Of a stretch of DNA of 64,000 nucleotides, positions 1 through 9,019 are shown in pieces. The translations under genes and the position numbers were made by a program. Location: positions 52-64,051 of the forward strand of contig CBCTIZ010000012.1 in NCBI GenBank assembly GCA_965147105.1, in the 5' to 3' direction. Within the stretch, counting starts at the first letter, position 1. Each line of letters opens with the position of its first letter. Source of the DNA: an uncultured Collinsella sp. GTDB lineage: Bacteria; Actinomycetota; Coriobacteriia; Coriobacteriales; Coriobacteriaceae. The notes beneath the pieces were generated by a model that was not told the origin of the DNA, did no database searches, and was given only the letters and a program-made list of their open reading frames with translations.

Positions 1-24
1 GGCCGCGAGGCCTCCCCCTTTTTT
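1..24 (+). terminator. Possible rho-independent terminator truncated by the window edge
   Basis: The window opens with GGCC-GCGA-GGCCTCCCCC followed by T6 (19-24). The matching left arm (GGGGGA...) would lie outside the window. Confidence 0.25.
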
Positions 25-87
25 GCGTTTACGGGCATAAATGACTCATTTACGCCAGACGATTTAATTCTTTTTGGTATTGAGCTT

Positions 88-555
88 TTATTTAAAGAAA
101 ATAAAACGAATAACAAGGGCAATTGCTATGGCTGCAATGATCAAAAGCAGGATTGTCAGTCGATGCTGCTTGCGTCGTTTACTTGATGAAACGAAGATTG
201 ATTTTCCCTGTTTTGGCGTTTCGAGATAGCGAGCCGAATGCGTCAAGGTTTGCTTTGGTCGAGGACCTCTTTGTTGATGAGCGGCGGATGCTTTCATCGG
301 CTCATCACTAGCTGCGCTGTTTTTAGATAATGGTGCGTCTTTCAGATATATAGGGTCTCCCGAGGCGACGCCCATATGTTTGCGTCCCGTTTGGGCATCC
401 TCGAGCGTTTGATATCGATTTCTCGTCACATACTCGGGCTCAGGATCATTAATGGGCTCTTGCGAGATGTGGGGGCGATGGAACCGTGGCGGCTGCGTGG
501 AAGTTTCTTCCCCCTGCGTCTGCATAAACATTTTGTTCTGGTTTTGGTCGTCCAT
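88..555 (-). CDS. Hypothetical tail-anchored membrane protein
   Basis: Stop-bounded 155-aa ORF. It has a polar low-complexity N-terminal part and a single C-terminal hydrophobic helix (LTILLLIIAAIAIALVIRFIFF). No family recognised. Visibly less GC-rich than its neighbours. Confidence 0.4.
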   Translation of the reverse strand: MDDQNQNKMFMQTQGEETSTQPPRFHRPHISQEPINDPEPEYVTRNRYQTLEDAQTGRKHMGVASGDPIYLKDAPLSKNSAASDEPMKASAAHQQRGPRPKQTLTHSARYLETPKQGKSIFVSSSKRRKQHRLTILLLIIAAIAIALVIRFIFFK

Positions 556-678
556 GATGCCCTTTAGCTCGTTACCAACAACGTGTACGCGCTCATTGTA
601 AGCCCCTTGTTATTTGTAGCTGCGAACATACTCGTTATTTAAGCTCTGGTTCAAAGAACCTTAACCTTACTAAAACCT

Positions 679-735
679 GAGTCAATTACACTTAGATATG
701 CTTATAGTACTTGACTCAAAAAACTTTATAGTCAA
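679..735 (+). promoter_or_regulatory. Candidate operator/promoter region of hsp20 (nested GAGTCAA / TTGACTC inverted repeats)
   Basis: GAGTCAA at 679-685, TTGACTC at 711-717 and AGTCAA at 730-735. The central copy is also a TTGACT -35-like hexamer. The stretch is AT-rich and lies about 100 nt upstream of the hsp20 start. Confidence 0.35.
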
Positions 736-831
736 TGTATATATAAGCACTGTGTGGGCATATATATGAGCGTCAAAAGAAGTCCCAGTCATCTAGAAGA
801 TGGCTCGGCAGTCCTAAAAGGAGTGGTAAAC

Positions 832-1263
832 ATGGCAAGCATGGTTCCTTATCGTTCGGTTTTTGGCGTTCGTCCTTCTGCTAGCTCGCTGTTCGATCTG
901 TTTGATGATATGACCGACCTTGCAAACAACTCGATTGCTTCCAAGGCGTTTCCCGTTGACGTTGAGGATAAGGGCGACGGCTATGAGGTCAAGGCTTATC
1001 TGACCGGCGTCGCCAAGGACGATATCGATGTCGAGCTTAACGAGGGCCGTCTGTCCATTAGCGTGAATGTCGAGGAAGACGAGGAGAACGAGGGCAAGAA
1101 CTTCCTGCAGAAGGAGTTCAGCTCGTACAGCGCGACGCGTGGCGTGTATCTAAAGGACGCTTCGAGCGAGGGCCTCTCGGCTAAGTACGCTGACGGCATC
1201 CTGACCGTTACGGTCCCCAAGATCGTCGAGAAGAAGAACGTTACGAAGATCTCCATCGACTAA
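832..1263 (+). CDS. Hsp20/alpha-crystallin family small heat-shock protein
   Basis: Alpha-crystallin domain with the typical ...DGILTVTVPK... C-terminal strand. I moved the start from the track's 754 to ATG 832 because AAGGAG sits 8 nt upstream. Confidence 0.85.
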   Translation: MASMVPYRSVFGVRPSASSLFDLFDDMTDLANNSIASKAFPVDVEDKGDGYEVKAYLTGVAKDDIDVELNEGRLSISVNVEEDEENEGKNFLQKEFSSYSATRGVYLKDASSEGLSAKYADGILTVTVPKIVEKKNVTKISID

Positions 1264-1289
1264 CTTCGTTGGTGTTCTGCGCTATTAAA

Positions 1290-1337
1290 AGACAGCAAAA
1301 GGGGCTGGGAAGCGATTCTCGGCCCCTTTTGCTGTCT
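1290..1337. terminator. Bidirectional intrinsic terminator between convergent hsp20 and the MBL hydrolase gene
   Basis: Perfect 16-bp stem AGACAGCAAAAGGGGC (1290-1305) / GCCCCTTTTGCTGTCT (1322-1337). A/T runs inside the stem ends give a U-tract in both directions. Confidence 0.7.
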
Positions 1338-1345
1338 AGGACAGT

Positions 1346-2155
1346 CTATTGAATGGTTGCCGGTTGATACTGACTCGCAGGGCGTATCGAGAGTTTTCGC
1401 GATCCTTGGAGAAGGGTTGCGGAGCTGCCGACCTCGTCATCCAGGGTTGCGGCCAGAGCTTTGGCATAGCTTTTGACGGTAAGGCTCGGACGATTGTTAT
1501 CTTGGCTGATATGCATGGCAATGAGCTGTTCGGTGCGATCTGTAACAAGTTCGCGCGCGGCTTCGGCGGCTTGGCTGTTGGAGAGGTGTCCCCTTGCAGA
1601 CAGGATGCGCTCCTGAAGAAAGCGGGGATATTCTCCTTCGCGCAGCATGGTCACATCGTGGTTGCTTTCGAGTGCGAGGACTCGACAATCTTTGAGGGTT
1701 TTCATGGCTTGGCTCGATAGCTCTCCGGTGTCGGTGGCAAACCCAATGGAATCATCGAGAACATTGAATCGATAGCCGACCGGATTGATGACATCGTGTG
1801 ATGTTGAGTAGGTTTGCACGTGGATGCCGGCAATGGATAGGTCGTCGCCGGGATCGAATTCCTCGACAGGCAGATGCGAAAGATTTTCTTTGTTCGAAAG
1901 AGTGCCCCTGCTGGCAAAGAGGGGGCCGTGCCAGTGCTTGCACCAGACATCGAGGCCCTTGATGTGATCGCTGTGCTCATGAGTAATGAGAAGAGCCGAG
2001 ACGTTGTCTGTCGAGAGCCCCAGTTCTGCCATGCGCTTTAATGTCTCGCGGCGAGACAGTCCGTCATCGACCATAATGAGCCCCTGCGGGCCCTCGATGA
2101 GTGCGCAGTTGCCTTTAGAGCCACTGCCGAGGATATGAAGGTGCAGACGAGACAT
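1346..2155 (-). CDS. MBL-fold metallo-hydrolase
   Basis: HxHxDH motif (LITHEHSDH). The N-terminus MSRLHLHILGSGSKGN is typical of the family. Start taken at the internal ATG (residue 28 of the track ORF), which avoids overlap with tilS. Confidence 0.8.
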   Translation of the reverse strand: MSRLHLHILGSGSKGNCALIEGPQGLIMVDDGLSRRETLKRMAELGLSTDNVSALLITHEHSDHIKGLDVWCKHWHGPLFASRGTLSNKENLSHLPVEEFDPGDDLSIAGIHVQTYSTSHDVINPVGYRFNVLDDSIGFATDTGELSSQAMKTLKDCRVLALESNHDVTMLREGEYPRFLQERILSARGHLSNSQAAEAARELVTDRTEQLIAMHISQDNNRPSLTVKSYAKALAATLDDEVGSSATLLQGSRKLSIRPASQYQPATIQ

Positions 2156-2203
2156 AAGATTCCAAAGGATACAATGGGTGCGGACGAATAGAGGAGGAAG
2201 CAA

Positions 2204-3742
2204 ATGCCTACGGTATCTCAGCATTATGGACACCATGCCGTGCCTGGGGCAGTCGATGAGACCCGGACGAGGCAGCAGGCTGCTCCTGTCGTGCTCATGG
2301 TATCAGGCGGCGCGGACTCGACGGCACTGCTTCTTATGGCGTGCACATCAAAGCTGGATATCCAAGACGGACGCGGTGTTGCCCCCATTGCTCGCGAGCG
2401 CCTGCATGTGCTGCATGTAAACCATCATCTGCGCGGCAAGGCGTCCGATGGCGACGAGGCCTTTGTGCGTGAGCTCTGCGCGAAATATGGTTTACCGCTG
2501 TGCGTGGAGCACGCTTATTTTGATGGGGAGTCGGGCAATATTGAGGCCGCGGCCCGCGAGGTGCGCTATGCCGCGGCGCGGAGGTATGTTCGCGAGCTCT
2601 GCGCCCAGACGGGGGCACCGCGAACGGCGGCTCGTATCTGCACCGCGCACACGTCTTCGGATCGCGCGGAAACGTTTTTGATGAACGCGATTAAGGGTTC
2701 GGGGCCCGCTGGCCTATCGAGCATTCCTCGCCGGAGGAATATCGTGGTGCGTCCCTTGCTCGACCTAACTCATGGCGAGCTCGTGGGCTATCTACAGGTA
2801 CATGGTCAGCCGTGGCGTGAAGACGAGAGCAATGAGGATATCTCGTATCTGCGAAACTACGTGCGCCATCGAGTGATGCCGGTGGTGGCGCAGCGCAACG
2901 CGAGCGTCTGCAAGACGATTGGCGCCGCCTGTGAGATCTTGGGCGATGAGGACGCGTTTTTGTCTCAGCTTTCGGCACAGGCGTTTCGAAGCTGTTTGCG
3001 CAAAGAGGCAGCGGGCGCACTGGTGCTCGATGCCAGGCGCCTGGCTGCGGCCGAGGTGGTAATCGCGCGGCGCATCGTGCGACTGGCGATCAAACGCATC
3101 GATCCGGACGCTCGTCCCGAGATGCGACATGTGGAGCGAGTCCTTTCCTGCGTTGCCGAAGGCACAGGCTCGGTCACGCTTCCGGCGGGAATTGACGCGC
3201 GCGTCGAGTTTGGCATGCTAGCGTTTAAGGCGCCGGCGGCTCGTGAGGGGCTGGTTGCGGACTGGATTACCATACCCGGTCGTTTGCCGTTGGGCGGGGG
3301 GCGCATGCTGGTCGCAGAGCCGATGGCCGTTGAGCCGGGATGCGATATCGTGCGCCGCGCCCGTGAGCTTGCGGCTGCCGGGGAAGTGACAGCTTTGGTA
3401 GACGCGGCTGCCCTGGGTTTTGCCGACAGCGATAGTGAGCGGATCCTGGCGGGCTCACGTGGCGAGATCCCTGCAGAGGCGCGATTGGCGCGCCTGTGGG
3501 TGGACGGTCCCGCACCGGGAGACGCGATGTGCCCGTTAGGAATGAGTGGCCGAAGCAAGAAGGTATCCGACTTGCTAGGCGAGGCTCGCATTCCCGTTTC
3601 CGAGCGCGCCGGCGTGCCCGTGGTGAGGACGGCGCCGGGAGGTGCTGTGGTGTGGGTCGCCGGAGTTCGCGCGGACGAACGTTTTAAATGCACGGCGGCG
3701 ACGCGTGTGGCTTATCTGCTTCGCGTGGTTGACGCGGATTAG
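2204..3742 (+). CDS. tilS: tRNA(Ile)-lysidine synthetase
   Basis: PP-loop motif VSGGADS near the N-terminus. The conserved tilS-hpt-ftsH gene order supports the call. Confidence 0.85.
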   Translation: MPTVSQHYGHHAVPGAVDETRTRQQAAPVVLMVSGGADSTALLLMACTSKLDIQDGRGVAPIARERLHVLHVNHHLRGKASDGDEAFVRELCAKYGLPLCVEHAYFDGESGNIEAAAREVRYAAARRYVRELCAQTGAPRTAARICTAHTSSDRAETFLMNAIKGSGPAGLSSIPRRRNIVVRPLLDLTHGELVGYLQVHGQPWREDESNEDISYLRNYVRHRVMPVVAQRNASVCKTIGAACEILGDEDAFLSQLSAQAFRSCLRKEAAGALVLDARRLAAAEVVIARRIVRLAIKRIDPDARPEMRHVERVLSCVAEGTGSVTLPAGIDARVEFGMLAFKAPAAREGLVADWITIPGRLPLGGGRMLVAEPMAVEPGCDIVRRARELAAAGEVTALVDAAALGFADSDSERILAGSRGEIPAEARLARLWVDGPAPGDAMCPLGMSGRSKKVSDLLGEARIPVSERAGVPVVRTAPGGAVVWVAGVRADERFKCTAATRVAYLLRVVDAD

Positions 3743-3890
3743 CCCCTCGCACCAGCTGTTCTGTGCGGCGTTGACGGTATTCCCGCGCTGATGGTGCGCG
3801 GGCTGGAAAATATACCCCGTGCGCTGCTAGAATGTGTAGTTCGCGTCCATACGGCGGTGTGTGGGCGATTAAGCACAAGAAAGGGTTGTC

Positions 3891-4439
3891 ATGGCTTCTC
3901 AACATCCGGATATCGAGAAGGTTCTGTTTACGCAGGAGGATATCGACGGCATCGTTTCTCGCCTGGGCGAGGAGATCACTCGCGACTACGCGGGTAAGGA
4001 TCTGGTGCTGATCGCGGTTCTGCGCGGTGCCGTTGTCTTTATGGGCGACCTGATGCGCAAGATTGAGCTACCGACCAACATCGATTTCATGGCTGTTTCG
4101 AGCTATGGCGACGGTGTGAAGTCTTCGGGCATCGTGCGTATCATTAAGGACCTGGATATCGACATCCGTGGTCGCGACGTGCTGATCGTCGAGGACATTC
4201 TGGACTCGGGCCTGACCCTCAAGTACCTGATGAAGAACCTCGAGAGCCGCAAGCCCGCTTCGCTGGAGGTCGCTGCCTTCCTGTGGAAGGACGTTGAGGA
4301 CCGCACCTCGGCCATCACGCCCAAGTATGTTGGAACCCATTGCCCCGATGCCTTTGTGGTGGGCTACGGCCTCGACTATGCCGAGCGCTATCGTAACCTT
4401 CCGTATCTGGGCATTTTGAAACCGGAGGTTTATTCGTAA
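3891..4439 (+). CDS. hpt: Hypoxanthine phosphoribosyltransferase
   Basis: 182 aa. PRPP-binding motif VLIVEDILDSGLTL. Lies directly upstream of ftsH. Confidence 0.9.
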   Translation: MASQHPDIEKVLFTQEDIDGIVSRLGEEITRDYAGKDLVLIAVLRGAVVFMGDLMRKIELPTNIDFMAVSSYGDGVKSSGIVRIIKDLDIDIRGRDVLIVEDILDSGLTLKYLMKNLESRKPASLEVAAFLWKDVEDRTSAITPKYVGTHCPDAFVVGYGLDYAERYRNLPYLGILKPEVYS

Positions 4440-4440
4440 G

Positions 4441-6579
4441 ATGCCCGACGACCATAACGATAACAATTCCCAGACTCCCCGGGAGCCTAAGATCCCGGGG
4501 ATGCCCGGAGGCAAGAAGCCCACGCGTACGGGCTGGCTGTATTTTATTTTGGCTTGCGCGCTTCTGGGCTACGCCTTCTTTAACATGGGCTCCGGCTTTG
4601 CCAATTCCAGCAATACCGTTAAGCTCGCGACGAGCGAGATGGTGAGCGCCATCAAGCAGGATCTCGTCGAAGATCTGACCTATACGGTTCAAGATGGAAG
4701 CGTGACGGGTCATTACTGGAAGACGAAGAAGGACAAGGGCGATACGAGCGAGCTCAAGAGCTTCTCTTCGACCTATGTCGGCTCCGATTCGCTTGCCGAG
4801 CTCATGGCGGAGCACCCCGATACCAAGTACATCGTCAACACCAACGATCCCGATTTTTGGGGCGACTTGGCGATGAGTGTGCTTCCGACGATCGCCCTTA
4901 TCGCCATCATGTTCTACTTTATGCGCCAGATGATGGGCGCCAACAACAGGAACATGCAGTTTGGCAAGACCAACGCCAAGACCAACGAGGCCACACGCCC
5001 CAAGGTCAAGTTTGAAGACGTTGCCGGCGTGGACGAGGCAGTCGAGGAGCTCGAGGAGATCCGTGACTTTTTGAGCGATCCGGATCGCTATCGCAAGCTG
5101 GGCGCCAAGATCCCGCGTGGCGTGTTGCTGGTGGGCCCTCCGGGCACCGGTAAAACGCTGCTGGCCAAGACCGTTGCCGGCGAGGCGGGCGTGCCGTTCT
5201 TTAGCATCTCGGGTTCCGACTTTGTCGAGATGTTCGTAGGTGTCGGCGCCAGCCGTGTGCGTGACCTCTTTAAGGAGGCCAAGTCCCAGGCCCCGTCGAT
5301 CATCTTCATCGATGAGATCGATGCCGTGGGACGTCAGCGCGGAGCCGGCTTGGGCGGCGGCCACGACGAACGCGAGCAGACGCTCAACCAGCTGCTGGTC
5401 GAGATGGACGGTTTTGAGGAGAGCGAGTCGGTCATCCTGATCGCCGCCACCAACCGCCCCGACATTCTGGATCCGGCGCTGCTGCGTCCCGGCCGTTTTG
5501 ACCGTCAGGTTACGGTCGACCGTCCGGACGTGAAGGGCCGCGAGCAGATTTTGCGCGTGCATGCCGAGAACAAGCCGATGGACGAGGACGTTAAGTTTGA
5601 GAAGCTCGCCCAGATGACCGTTGGCTTTACTGGTGCCGATTTGGCGAACCTGCTCAACGAGTCTGCGCTGCTGGCCGCTCGCCGTCATCGTTCCGTGATC
5701 TCGATGGACGAGGTCGAGGAGTCGATGGAGCGCGTGATTGCCGGACCGCAGCGCAAGGGTCGCGTGATGACCGAGGCCGAGCGCACCACGATTGCCTACC
5801 ACGAGAGCGGTCACGCCCTGGTGGGCCACATCCTGGAGCACTCCGATCCGGTCCACAAGATCTCGATCGTCAGCCGCGGTCAGGCTCTGGGCTACACGCT
5901 GCAGCTTCCGCAGGAGGACCACTTCCTCAAGACCAAGAACGAGATGCTCGACGAGCTTGCCGTGTTCTTGGGCGGTCGCGTTGCCGAGGAGCTCATGTGC
6001 GATGACATCACGTCGGGCGCGAGCAATGACCTGGAGCGTGCGACCAAGATGGCGCGCGAGATGGTTACACGTCTGGGCATGAGCGAGGAGCTGGGCACGC
6101 AAGTGTTTGGCGAGGCGCAACATCAGGTGTTCCTTGGTCGCGATTACGCCGATCACCAGGATTACTCCGAGGAGACGGCGCGCCGCATCGACATCGAGGT
6201 CCAGCGCATTATGCGTGAGGCCCATCGTCGTGCGGTCGAGATTTTGGATGCCCGTCGCGACCAGCTCGATTTGATGGCCAAGGTGCTGCTTGAGCGCGAG
6301 ACCGTCGAAGGCGACGCCGTGAATGCCCTGCTCGACAACGAGTGGGACGCCTACCTTGAGCGCGAGGGCGATATCCTGGCGGCCAAGGAGGAGCGCAATG
6401 CCAAGGCGGCCGGCATGCCGACCAAGAAGCGTGCGCCTCGTATGAGCGAGGAGGAGCTGGCGGCCGATGCCGCGGCATTTGCGCAGGCGGCCATGCAGGA
6501 GGATGCCGAAGCCGCATCCGATGATGCCGGCGATGACTGTGCCGTCAATGCCGGTGCCGACACCGACGCCGACAAATAG
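4441..6579 (+). CDS. ftsH: ATP-dependent zinc metalloprotease FtsH
   Basis: Walker A GPPGTGKT, Walker [10 protein letters not shown], zinc motif HESGHA, and an N-terminal membrane region. The acidic C-terminal tail is low-complexity. Confidence 0.95.
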   Translation: MPDDHNDNNSQTPREPKIPGMPGGKKPTRTGWLYFILACALLGYAFFNMGSGFANSSNTVKLATSEMVSAIKQDLVEDLTYTVQDGSVTGHYWKTKKDKGDTSELKSFSSTYVGSDSLAELMAEHPDTKYIVNTNDPDFWGDLAMSVLPTIALIAIMFYFMRQMMGANNRNMQFGKTNAKTNEATRPKVKFEDVAGVDEAVEELEEIRDFLSDPDRYRKLGAKIPRGVLLVGPPGTGKTLLAKTVAGEAGVPFFSISGSDFVEMFVGVGASRVRDLFKEAKSQAPSIIFIDEIDAVGRQRGAGLGGGHDEREQTLNQLLVEMDGFEESESVILIAATNRPDILDPALLRPGRFDRQVTVDRPDVKGREQILRVHAENKPMDEDVKFEKLAQMTVGFTGADLANLLNESALLAARRHRSVISMDEVEESMERVIAGPQRKGRVMTEAERTTIAYHESGHALVGHILEHSDPVHKISIVSRGQALGYTLQLPQEDHFLKTKNEMLDELAVFLGGRVAEELMCDDITSGASNDLERATKMAREMVTRLGMSEELGTQVFGEAQHQVFLGRDYADHQDYSEETARRIDIEVQRIMREAHRRAVEILDARRDQLDLMAKVLLERETVEGDAVNALLDNEWDAYLEREGDILAAKEERNAKAAGMPTKKRAPRMSEEELAADAAAFAQAAMQEDAEAASDDAGDDCAVNAGADTDADK

Positions 6580-6591
6580 CCTTTGTGGCGA

Positions 6592-6629
6592 AAGCCTCTG
6601 CGGGGAAACCTGCGGAGGCTTTTTCTTTT
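6592..6629 (+). terminator. Intrinsic terminator of ftsH
   Basis: 12-bp stem AAGCCTCTGCGG / CTGCGGAGGCTT with two G:U pairs and a 6-nt loop, followed by TTTTCTTTT. Confidence 0.7.
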
Positions 6630-6647
6630 GAGCGATATGGGGCCGTC

Positions 6648-6709
6648 TGTTGATTGGGGACAGACTTAAATGAGCGTTTTCACGCATTTAAGTCTGTCCC
6701 CAATCAACA
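6648..6709. repeat. Perfect 25-bp inverted repeat with a 12-nt spacer
   Basis: TGTTGATTGGGGACAGACTTAAATG (6648-6672) is the exact reverse complement of 6685-6709. It sits between the ftsH terminator and the aminotransferase start. Confidence 0.9.
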
Positions 6710-6768
6710 TTGCTGCGGCACTTTGCTCGGCTAAAGCGTACAATAGCGCCTATGCGAAAGGGGAACAG

Positions 6769-7953
6769 ATGATCAACGAAACTATGTATGCTCGCGGTGC
6801 GGAAAGCTCCATCATCCGTGAGATTTTTAGCTATGGCCTTGAGCGCAAGGCGCAGATCGGTGCGGAAAACGTATTTGATTTTTCGCTGGGCAATCCGAGC
6901 GTTCCGGCACCCGCTGCTGTGGCGGAGTCCATTAAGAAGGCCCTGGAGCTGCCGAGTGACCAGTTGCACGGCTACACCCCCGCTCCGGGCCTGCCGCAAT
7001 GTCGAGCAGCCGTCGCCGAATCGCTCAACCGCCGCTTTGGAACGAACTATGAGGGTAAGGACGTCTTTATGACGGTGGGTGCCGCGGCTTCGCTCACCTG
7101 CACGCTCAACGCCGTTACGAACCCGGGCGACGAGGTTATTGTTATCGCCCCGTACTTTCCGGAGTATCGCGTTTGGATTGAGAAGGCCGGCTGTACGTGT
7201 GTTGAGGCGCTCGCCGATGAAGATACGTTCCAGCTGAGCGTGGACAACGTGCTCAAGGCGATTACCGATAAGACGACTGCCGTCATCATCGACTCGCCCA
7301 ACAATCCGACTGGTGCCGTATATACACGCAACACGCTGACGCGACTGGCCAATGTTCTGCGCGAGGCCAACGCTCAGCGCGATCCCGAGAATCCGATTAT
7401 GCTCATCTCGGATGAGCCGTACCGCGAGATCGTGTACGGTGCCGAGGTGCCTTGGGTGCCCTCGATCTACGAGCACACCATCGTGTGCTACTCGTATTCC
7501 AAGTCGCTGTCGCTGCCGGGTGAGCGCGTGGGGTGGATCTTGGTTCCCAACACCAATCCGCAGGCTGCCCGTCTGATGCCGGCTGTTGCGGGCGCTGCCC
7601 GTACGCTGGGTTTTGTATGCGCACCGGCACTCTTTCAGCGCGTGATCATCGATTGCATCGATGAGCCGAGTGATGTCGGGGCCTATGCCCGCAACCGCAC
7701 GGCGCTCACCGATGCTTTGACGGACTACGGCTATACCTATGTTGAGCCGGACGGTGCTTTCTACCTGTGGGTGAAGGCACTCGAGCCCGATGCGAATGCG
7801 TTTTGCGAGCGCGCAAAGAAGTATGAGTTGCTTGCGGTTCCCTCGGACAGCTTTGGTATGCCGGGTTGGTTCCGCCTGGGCTATTGCGTGAGCTACGAAA
7901 CGATTGTCAATTCGCTACCCGCTTGGAAACAGTTGGCGGACGAGTATCGTTAA
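6769..7953 (+). CDS. Pyridoxal-phosphate-dependent aminotransferase (class I/II, aspartate/aromatic-like)
   Basis: PLP-lysine motif SYSKSLSLPGERVGW. Start moved to ATG 6769 (AAAGGGGA RBS); the track's longer start at 6670 would run through the inverted repeat. Confidence 0.8.
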   Translation: MINETMYARGAESSIIREIFSYGLERKAQIGAENVFDFSLGNPSVPAPAAVAESIKKALELPSDQLHGYTPAPGLPQCRAAVAESLNRRFGTNYEGKDVFMTVGAAASLTCTLNAVTNPGDEVIVIAPYFPEYRVWIEKAGCTCVEALADEDTFQLSVDNVLKAITDKTTAVIIDSPNNPTGAVYTRNTLTRLANVLREANAQRDPENPIMLISDEPYREIVYGAEVPWVPSIYEHTIVCYSYSKSLSLPGERVGWILVPNTNPQAARLMPAVAGAARTLGFVCAPALFQRVIIDCIDEPSDVGAYARNRTALTDALTDYGYTYVEPDGAFYLWVKALEPDANAFCERAKKYELLAVPSDSFGMPGWFRLGYCVSYETIVNSLPAWKQLADEYR

Positions 7954-8118
7954 AAGTAAAGCGCTCTGCCTACAATGTTTTACGTGAAACGGGGTTTGGT
8001 GTTAAGCCGGACCCCGTTGTCATGGACGTTGTGTCTTTGGGATGGAGTGGTTTTACGACTATCGAAGGCTATGCGTACAATGAATATAAGCGACGGCCGT
8101 GCCAGATAAGGAGACCTG

Positions 8119-8940
8119 ATGCCCTACCTGCTTTCTTGTGACATTCATACCCATACGATGTTCTCTGCGCATGCATATTCGACCATTGAGGAGAATGTGT
8201 ACTGGGCGGCAGAGCGCGGCCTTCAGGTGCTCGGTTCCGCCGATCATTTAAGCTCGATGGTTACGCCTTGCCCCAATGACCTGCGCAGTTTTCAGTTCTT
8301 TATTAACCAAGATATCTGGCCGCGCATTTGGAGCGGCGTGCTGGTGCTTCGCGGCGCTGAGGCCGATATCGTTTCGCTGAACGGAAGCTTGTTTGGCGAG
8401 GACATTCCCGTTTCGCTCGATATTGCCGGCGATTCGTACAGCCGTCAGCATTCGCTGTTCGATTTGGTGACGCGCAATTTGGATTATCTGGTTGCGAGTG
8501 TGCATAATCCGCAGATTGCTGAAGGCGCGACGCTTGCCCAGACGACCGAGATGTATATCAACGCCCTGGAGCACCCCAAGGTGTTCATGCTTGGGCATAC
8601 GGGTCGTTCGGGCGTGCCGTTCGATATCGATGAGGTGCTGCTGGCGGCCAAGGCCAAGCACAAGATCATCGAGATCAACAACCATAGTCTTGAGCATGGC
8701 ACGGATGCCGAGCATTGGAACGTGTGTCGCAAGATCGCCGAGCGCTGCGCCGAGCTGGGCGTGGGCATTGGCGTGTCGACTGATGCGCACATTGGTATGG
8801 CCATTGGCAAGCTTGACCAGGCGCGCAAGATGCTCGACGAGATTCACTTCCCGTTGGATTTGATCGTGACGCGTGACCGCGAGACGCTGCTGCGCGAGAT
8901 GGCGGCAGCCGGCGTCTGCGACCTGCGCAAGGGGATGTAA
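8119..8940 (+). CDS. PHP-domain phosphatase, YcdX-like
   Basis: N-terminal CDIHTHTMFSAHAYSTIEEN. The overall layout matches the YcdX-type PHP family (HxH ... H ... DSH). Confidence 0.75.
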   Translation: MPYLLSCDIHTHTMFSAHAYSTIEENVYWAAERGLQVLGSADHLSSMVTPCPNDLRSFQFFINQDIWPRIWSGVLVLRGAEADIVSLNGSLFGEDIPVSLDIAGDSYSRQHSLFDLVTRNLDYLVASVHNPQIAEGATLAQTTEMYINALEHPKVFMLGHTGRSGVPFDIDEVLLAAKAKHKIIEINNHSLEHGTDAEHWNVCRKIAERCAELGVGIGVSTDAHIGMAIGKLDQARKMLDEIHFPLDLIVTRDRETLLREMAAAGVCDLRKGM

Positions 8941-8960
8941 CGAGACTCATATGCGTAGCG

Positions 8961-8992
8961 AAAGGGGGCGGCCCAGACGGGCCGCCCCCTTT
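8961..8992. terminator. Bidirectional intrinsic terminator
   Basis: AAAGGGGGCGGCCC-AGAC-GGGCCGCCCCCTTT: a 14-bp perfect stem and tetraloop between convergent genes. Confidence 0.75.
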
Positions 8993-9019
8993 CTTGTCCT
9001 AAAAATCTACCGGGGTTGG

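Noticed and set aside
754-831. Longer hsp20 start at 754
   Set aside because: No RBS precedes it, and the extra 26 residues are not Hsp20-like. ATG 832 has AAGGAG at ideal spacing.
4315-6687. 790-aa minus-strand ORF
   Set aside because: It is exactly antisense to ftsH, whose motifs are unambiguous. The product is Arg/Leu/Gly/His-rich low-complexity sequence typical of antisense frames in GC-rich DNA.
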